Shown here one piece after another: positions 59,039 to 64,000 of a DNA stretch of 64,000 nucleotides (positions are counted from its first letter, which is position 1; each line of letters begins with the position of its first letter). A model generated the notes under the pieces. That model had not been told where the DNA came from and made no database searches. It saw only the letters and a program-made list of their open reading frames with translations. The translations under genes and the position numbers were made by a program. Location: the NCBI GenBank assembly GCA_964012805.1, contig CAXGUD010000021.1, forward strand, positions 11,572-75,571, in the 5' to 3' direction. Origin of the DNA: an uncultured Bacteriovoracaceae bacterium. Its GTDB lineage: Bacteria > Bdellovibrionota > Bacteriovoracia > Bacteriovoracales > Bacteriovoracaceae.

Positions 59039-59995
59039 TTATTTTATTTTTGCACAAAAATCCTCAAAAGACCCCGCAATCCTCTTAGGTAATTTTTCTT
59101 GCATCTCGCCTAGAAACTCTTCAGATAAACTAAGATGCTTTACTTTCTCTGAGTACTTCCAAAAAGAAGAATTCTTAATTGATGGCATCTTATCACAATA
59201 CTCTCGAAGGTAAGGCTTGATTTTAGGCAAAACTTTAGGAGCGTAATAATTCATATTAATGGCCTCATTCCAAAAAGGATGAAGATAGTGAACAAAGTCA
59301 AACTCCCTTACCCTTGACCAAATTTTGCCTTTCTTTTTTAATATTGGATTTTCTCTACAAATTTCATCGTAAAAAGGAATAGATGCTATGTTGGCCTCAA
59401 TATCAGCAAAAGAAAAAATGCCAGAAGGCCATAGACCAACAAAAGTATTCTCGGAGTAAATAGAAAAAGGAAGGCTCTTTTTAATGGCCTCTCTTCGTGC
59501 CTGCTCTTTTGAAAACCCTTTTCTTAAAAGCTTTTTAAAAGTTCCTCTATACTTAACATAATGTAAAAAGCCCATTCCAAAAAAGTGCTCAAACTTGTCT
59601 TCTCCAAAAATAACCTCGCCAATCCTAATATGCCTGCTTTGTGATTTAAGAATGGATATATCTCGATAAATAGTTTCTTGATGAATTTCTTCTCGGCTGT
59701 CTGTATCAGGGTATAAAAGTCCTCTTTTTTCCAGGAAATTGACAGGGCCTCTAAACCTTGAAAGGAAATAAGAAGCGACCCTAAAAGTCATTTTGTCGCA
59801 TGAAACGCCGCGTTTTTTCTCATTGGCCCATAAAACATGCTTATCAATAACGTTATTGATATATCCATTGATTGCGCCTCTCGAATCAGGTAAAGGTTTC
59901 GTAAGAGAGTAAAAGTCGTCTGTTTCCAAAGCCTCTAATAGCAAAGGATTAGCTATGAAGGCCAATATGAGTAATATTTTTTTGGAAAGGGCCAT
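59039..59995 (-). CDS. Hypothetical exported protein
   Basis: AGGGGGA RBS before MALSKK (59995), signal peptide (LEA-L), EDKFEHFF and FSFADIEAN motifs. Confidence 0.7.
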   Translation of the reverse strand: MALSKKILLILAFIANPLLLEALETDDFYSLTKPLPDSRGAINGYINNVIDKHVLWANEKKRGVSCDKMTFRVASYFLSRFRGPVNFLEKRGLLYPDTDSREEIHQETIYRDISILKSQSRHIRIGEVIFGEDKFEHFFGMGFLHYVKYRGTFKKLLRKGFSKEQARREAIKKSLPFSIYSENTFVGLWPSGIFSFADIEANIASIPFYDEICRENPILKKKGKIWSRVREFDFVHYLHPFWNEAINMNYYAPKVLPKIKPYLREYCDKMPSIKNSSFWKYSEKVKHLSLSEEFLGEMQEKLPKRIAGSFEDFCAKIK

Positions 59996-60070
59996 GAGGT
60001 CCCCCTTTTGGTTAAAAGCCGTTGAATTAGGGTGGAAAGATAATTTAAAACAAGAGAAGGTAAAAGTAGC

Positions 60071-61225
60071 ATGGCACAATTTAATGATTTAAAACTATTG
60101 TTTCCTTATTTGTGGCTCATCCCCATCACAATTTCATTCCTTTTAACCCTATTTAACCTTGTTTTTTGGCCAACTGCAAAAAACAAAACAAAAGGTACGG
60201 GGAAAGTCGACATCCTTATTCCAGCAAGGAATGAGGAGGAAAATATTGAAACATGTTTAAGACAAGCACTCCAAAACTCTCAACATATTAACAAAGTCGT
60301 TGTTTGCGACGACAACTCAACTGACAAAACCCCAACTATTTTAAAAAAGCTTCAAAAAGAATTTAAAAGCCTAAAGGTCATTCAAGGAAAAAGTTTACCA
60401 AAAGGCTGGGCCGGTAAGGTCTTTGCTTGCCAACAATTGCTAGAGAGCTCTGAAGCTGAAAATGTTCTTTATATTGACTGTGATGTCTCTTTAAAAAAAG
60501 ATGCTGTCTCAAAGCTCCTTTATCTTCTTGAAGACAAATATAAGTGTCACGCCCTTACAGGAGTCCCTCTTCAAAAAATGGAAACATGGGCAGAAAAACT
60601 TGTCCTCCCACTTCTTTATACGACCTACTTTAGCTGGCTCCCTATTCCTCTCATTTGGCGTAGTAAGGACCCCAAATTTATGGTCGCAATGGGACAAATT
60701 ATGCTTTTAAAAAAGAAAGAGCTATTAAAAGCCGGAGGATTTGAAGCAATAAAAAGTAGTATCGTTGATGATATGGACCTTTGTACAAATATTAAAAAAT
60801 CTGGTGGTAAAGTGATCTTTACGGATGCTTCTAAAGTGTCGACATGTAGAATGTATGATTCGGCAAAGAGCGTTTGGGAAGGCTTTTCAAAGAATATCTA
60901 TGAAGGGCTTGGGAGAAAGACAACTACTCTTTTCGGAGTTCTCTCTTTGTATTATATCTCCTTTATCCTTCCATTTGTGAGTCTAACCTTTTCTTGGTTA
61001 GGCCTTATTGAAAAAGACTTATACCTCATACCTTCTCTTCTTGGGGTTTTCATGAACCTTCTACCTAGAATCATAATGGCCTTAAGGTTTAAACAGGCAC
61101 TTACCTTCTGCCTTTTACACCCCTTTGGAGTTTTATTTTTATTATCAATTTCACTAAATTCCTGGCGCTGGTCCAAGAAAGAAAATATTAAATGGAGGGG
61201 AAGAAGCTATAGCCCAACATCTTAA
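60071..61225 (+). CDS. GT2 glycosyltransferase (carotenoid/hopanoid-type membrane GT)
   Basis: LIPARNEE, DDNSTD, PKGWAGK, YIDCD, IVDD, CRMY, GFSKN, IKWRGR. Confidence 0.88.
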   Translation: MAQFNDLKLLFPYLWLIPITISFLLTLFNLVFWPTAKNKTKGTGKVDILIPARNEEENIETCLRQALQNSQHINKVVVCDDNSTDKTPTILKKLQKEFKSLKVIQGKSLPKGWAGKVFACQQLLESSEAENVLYIDCDVSLKKDAVSKLLYLLEDKYKCHALTGVPLQKMETWAEKLVLPLLYTTYFSWLPIPLIWRSKDPKFMVAMGQIMLLKKKELLKAGGFEAIKSSIVDDMDLCTNIKKSGGKVIFTDASKVSTCRMYDSAKSVWEGFSKNIYEGLGRKTTTLFGVLSLYYISFILPFVSLTFSWLGLIEKDLYLIPSLLGVFMNLLPRIIMALRFKQALTFCLLHPFGVLFLLSISLNSWRWSKKENIKWRGRSYSPTS

Positions 61226-61332
61226 AAAAAAAGATTTAACAATTAAAATTGTTAACAATTTTTTTTACTCAAAAACAATCACATTATAAAGATTGTCCAT
61301 CAATTGACTATAAATTAGGTCTATAATGAAGT

Positions 61333-62193
61333 GTGAAAAAAGAAATAGAAAATACTGATTTTTTAACTTTTATCTTAAAGAAATCTTTTCTTTGTTTGTA
61401 TTTTATTTTTTTTCTTATTTTTTCACCCCTTACTTTCTCAAAAGAATTTAACTGCCATTTAAATAATACAAAAATAAGGCCAAACCTTAATAAAGGTCCT
61501 GGTTTTTTGTTTAATTCAAAAAAGTATCAAAAGAGGAACTTTAAAATTAATTTCAAAGAAGTAACGGTTCTTATGTGGAGTAGAAATGATCTCATCCATA
61601 TTCTTTTAGGGTCTAACAAGGAAAGAGTTTCCATAAAGACATCCTTTTCATTAAATAGGTCTCAATTTTTTTTAACAATGAATCCATCAGTAAAACTTAA
61701 ATGTATTGCGAGAAAGAGTGTCTCAAAAAGTGATAAGGCAAAACAAGGAAACAGTCTTACCATTCCATCCACTGGAGATAATTTAATTGTAGAAATAAAA
61801 AAAGATCTTCTTTTTAAATATTATACGGAAGACGGATTTGAATTAAGCAGAAGCCTTATTTTTCAAAATGGAAAGGTTTATAACAAAACAAGGCCACCTT
61901 CTAAAAAAGACCCCTGGTGCCTTTTTAGGATCGAGTTTAAACTTAATGAAGATACTATTGTCCCTCTAGGCACTAAAATTCCTGTAAAACGGGCCGAGGT
62001 CTTTAAAAATAATGAAGATTTCACCGTTTTTTCTTATTCTTTTGTGGATTTTGCTACAGGAAAAAAAGGAATGGAAACCTCACGCTTCGTCCCCTTTTCT
62101 ATTGAATGCACGATTGATTCTAAAATGGCTTTTTCAAAAAAGCTCCTCGATGAGATCAATCAAGGAGCCTTTAAAATTTATCGAAAAAAATAA
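61333..62193 (+). CDS. Hypothetical exported protein
   Basis: Hydrophobic N-terminal segment, LIFQNG and WCLF segments; 286 aa. Confidence 0.6.
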   Translation: MKKEIENTDFLTFILKKSFLCLYFIFFLIFSPLTFSKEFNCHLNNTKIRPNLNKGPGFLFNSKKYQKRNFKINFKEVTVLMWSRNDLIHILLGSNKERVSIKTSFSLNRSQFFLTMNPSVKLKCIARKSVSKSDKAKQGNSLTIPSTGDNLIVEIKKDLLFKYYTEDGFELSRSLIFQNGKVYNKTRPPSKKDPWCLFRIEFKLNEDTIVPLGTKIPVKRAEVFKNNEDFTVFSYSFVDFATGKKGMETSRFVPFSIECTIDSKMAFSKKLLDEINQGAFKIYRKK

Positions 62194-62212
62194 TGACTTG
62201 CTTCATTGGTTA

Positions 62213-63352
62213 TTAGTTAAGTAAATTTTTATCAAAGAAATCATTGATATATGTTCTTTTAAAAAGGTCTTTAACGATAACGGGAAAGTGTTCTCCCTTC
62301 TCCCATCTTGAAGTTCCAAGCTCTTCTGAAGCACAAAAAGAAGACTCTAACTCTCTTTGATTTTTAGTTGGGACAGAGGAATCGTTGTCTGAAAAAACCA
62401 TATAAACATCTTCAGGGTTTCTCAAATGGGCAAAATAAATAGGGTCAAAAAGAAGTGACTTCTTTAGAGTTTTTAAATAAGCAAGGTCAGTAGGGATACC
62501 CTCTCTTTTCTTTCTCATTTTTCTATATATTTTTGCTACAGTTTGACTTGAATTTGTTAAAAGTTCAGCAAACTTTGCGCCCGAAGAGACAGTTGAAAGA
62601 ACTTTAATCTTGGGATTTACTGAAAAAACGAGACTCGCAATATTTCCACCTAAACTGAAACCAAAGATTCCGATATTTTTAGGGTCAACGTGCGCTATAC
62701 TTGTCATATATTCAATAACTCTATTAGCGTCCCCTATGGTTTTAAGAATAGACTCATTAATTGAGCTCGTTGGCTGTAGAGGGCTAACATAACTCATTCC
62801 ACCTAGGTCTAAAATAGCAACTTTATAGCCTTTGTCAGCAAAGTCATACGCCTGCCAGTAATCAAAAGGAGAAATATCGTATATAGGAGGAATAACTAGG
62901 AGAAGAGGCTTTTTCTTTCTAGAGTTTTTTGGATTTTTAAGATCCTTTTTATCATAGACGTAAAATTTAGTCTTTTTAGTCAATTCACCGTCTTTATACT
63001 TTAAAACAACTGTTTCTTTGTAAGCCGATTTTTTAATACTAAATCCATTATATTTAAGCCTAATTTTCTCATTAAGCTTACTAAACCAATGAAGGCCCCA
63101 ATCCTGTACTTTCCATGGTTTTTTATATTCTTTTTGAATCATTCGAAGTCTTTTATTTAGTTCAGATTTGTTTGGTATTTTATAATCGGCACATACCTTA
63201 CCTTCTGGACAAACCTCATTTTTAAAACATGAGTTTTCTCGATCAATTGCATGACTCATACTTAGAGGCATAACAACCATTAAAAGGGAAAAAAATAGTC
63301 TTTTCAATTCAAACTCCTTAGAAGAAGAATCCTCTGTAAAAGGCCTAAACAC
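62213..63352 (-). CDS. Exported alpha/beta hydrolase
   Basis: IGIFGFSLGG, DNDSSVP, GEHF; signal-like segment ending SHA-I. Confidence 0.85.
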   Translation of the reverse strand: MFRPFTEDSSSKEFELKRLFFSLLMVVMPLSMSHAIDRENSCFKNEVCPEGKVCADYKIPNKSELNKRLRMIQKEYKKPWKVQDWGLHWFSKLNEKIRLKYNGFSIKKSAYKETVVLKYKDGELTKKTKFYVYDKKDLKNPKNSRKKKPLLLVIPPIYDISPFDYWQAYDFADKGYKVAILDLGGMSYVSPLQPTSSINESILKTIGDANRVIEYMTSIAHVDPKNIGIFGFSLGGNIASLVFSVNPKIKVLSTVSSGAKFAELLTNSSQTVAKIYRKMRKKREGIPTDLAYLKTLKKSLLFDPIYFAHLRNPEDVYMVFSDNDSSVPTKNQRELESSFCASEELGTSRWEKGEHFPVIVKDLFKRTYINDFFDKNLLN

Positions 63353-63491
63353 TCGTTAAAGCCCCAATTACAGCAGGACTTTATAAATATTTATGATGAT
63401 GCGTCAATGAAGGGAGCTGTTCATTGAAATTTTTCTACTTTTTTTAGAAATTTAACTGTTTCTTTTTAGTGAGTTTAAATAAAATTTATTT

Positions 63492-64000
63492 ATGACTAAA
63501 AACTGGAAAATGACCCTCCCCGTGATGTTTGCTTATATCCCTGTAGGGGTGACTTTTGGACTCCTTCTGTCCAATGCAGGCCTTAATTGGCCTTACGCGC
63601 TCCTTTTTTCAGGCCTCGTCTATGCGGGAGCTGCTCAATTTATGGCCATAGGGCTCATTGCTACTAAAGCCTCACTTCTTGAAGTCGCCCTCTCGACCTT
63701 TTTTTTAAACGTTAGGCACGTCTTTTATGGCCTTTCTCTTATGGGTTTTATGAAAGGTGGAATAAAAAAAAACCTTTACAGCATTTTTGGACTAACGGAC
63801 GAAACTTATTCTCTTCTAGTTCCAGGTCTAAAAGAAAAAACGATCCTCTCAAATGAGATCCCAAGGATTACTTTTTTGAATCAAGCCTATTGGGTTTTTG
63901 GAAGTCTTCTCGGAAACCTTTTTGGTGAGGCGGTTCAATTAAAAATTAAAGGTCTGGAGTTTATTTTAACGGCACTTTTTGTGGTTTTAAGCTACGAGCA
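63492..64000 (+). CDS. azlC: AzlC-family branched-chain amino acid exporter, 3'-truncated by the window edge
   Basis: Read directly from the sequence: MTKNWKMTLPVMFAYIPVGVTFG...YAGAAQF...NVRHVFYG...FGLTDETYS...YWVFGS...GLEFILTALFVV. Confidence 0.9.
   Translation, partial: MTKNWKMTLPVMFAYIPVGVTFGLLLSNAGLNWPYALLFSGLVYAGAAQFMAIGLIATKASLLEVALSTFFLNVRHVFYGLSLMGFMKGGIKKNLYSIFGLTDETYSLLVPGLKEKTILSNEIPRITFLNQAYWVFGSLLGNLFGEAVQLKIKGLEFILTALFVVLSYE

Noticed and set aside
59995..60079. Head-to-head overlap between 59039..60079 and the GT2 gene
   Set aside because: Disappears when the RBS-supported start at 59995 is used.
1..64000. CRISPR array, tRNA, rRNA, IS or prophage
   Set aside because: No regularly spaced direct repeats, cloverleaf signatures, or transposase, integrase or phage genes seen by eye; dedicated scans would be needed to exclude them fully.

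Overview
AT-rich bacterial chromosomal window with no rRNA, tRNA, CRISPR array, integrase or transposase that I can see. The gene mix (many signal-peptide hypothetical proteins, secreted hydrolases, CheA-like sensor kinases) suggests a predatory Bdellovibrionota/Bacteriovoracaceae-like organism; this is inference. Recognisable genes include metG, an SrkA/RdoA kinase, a haloalkane dehalogenase, two crotonases, acyl-CoA synthetase/thioesterases/ACBP, phospholipase D, a transglutaminase-elicitor-family protein with a long coiled-coil tail, a Rieske fusion protein, rhomboid, an orphan ParB-like protein, a YeeE/YedE pair and AzlC. The most notable feature is a dispersed signalling system: five membrane-anchored sensor-Hpt-HATPase kinases (CheA-type core, no CheW domain) and five stand-alone receivers sharing a W-x-x-K-P motif. 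The kinases are mosaics of three sensor types and two kinase-core types. The two convergent kinase genes carry an in-frame 26-bp inverted repeat (25/26 identical) at the sensor/core junction, so an inversion would swap their cores. A recurring sigma28-like promoter motif and an unannotated 48-aa secreted Cys-rich peptide were also found.
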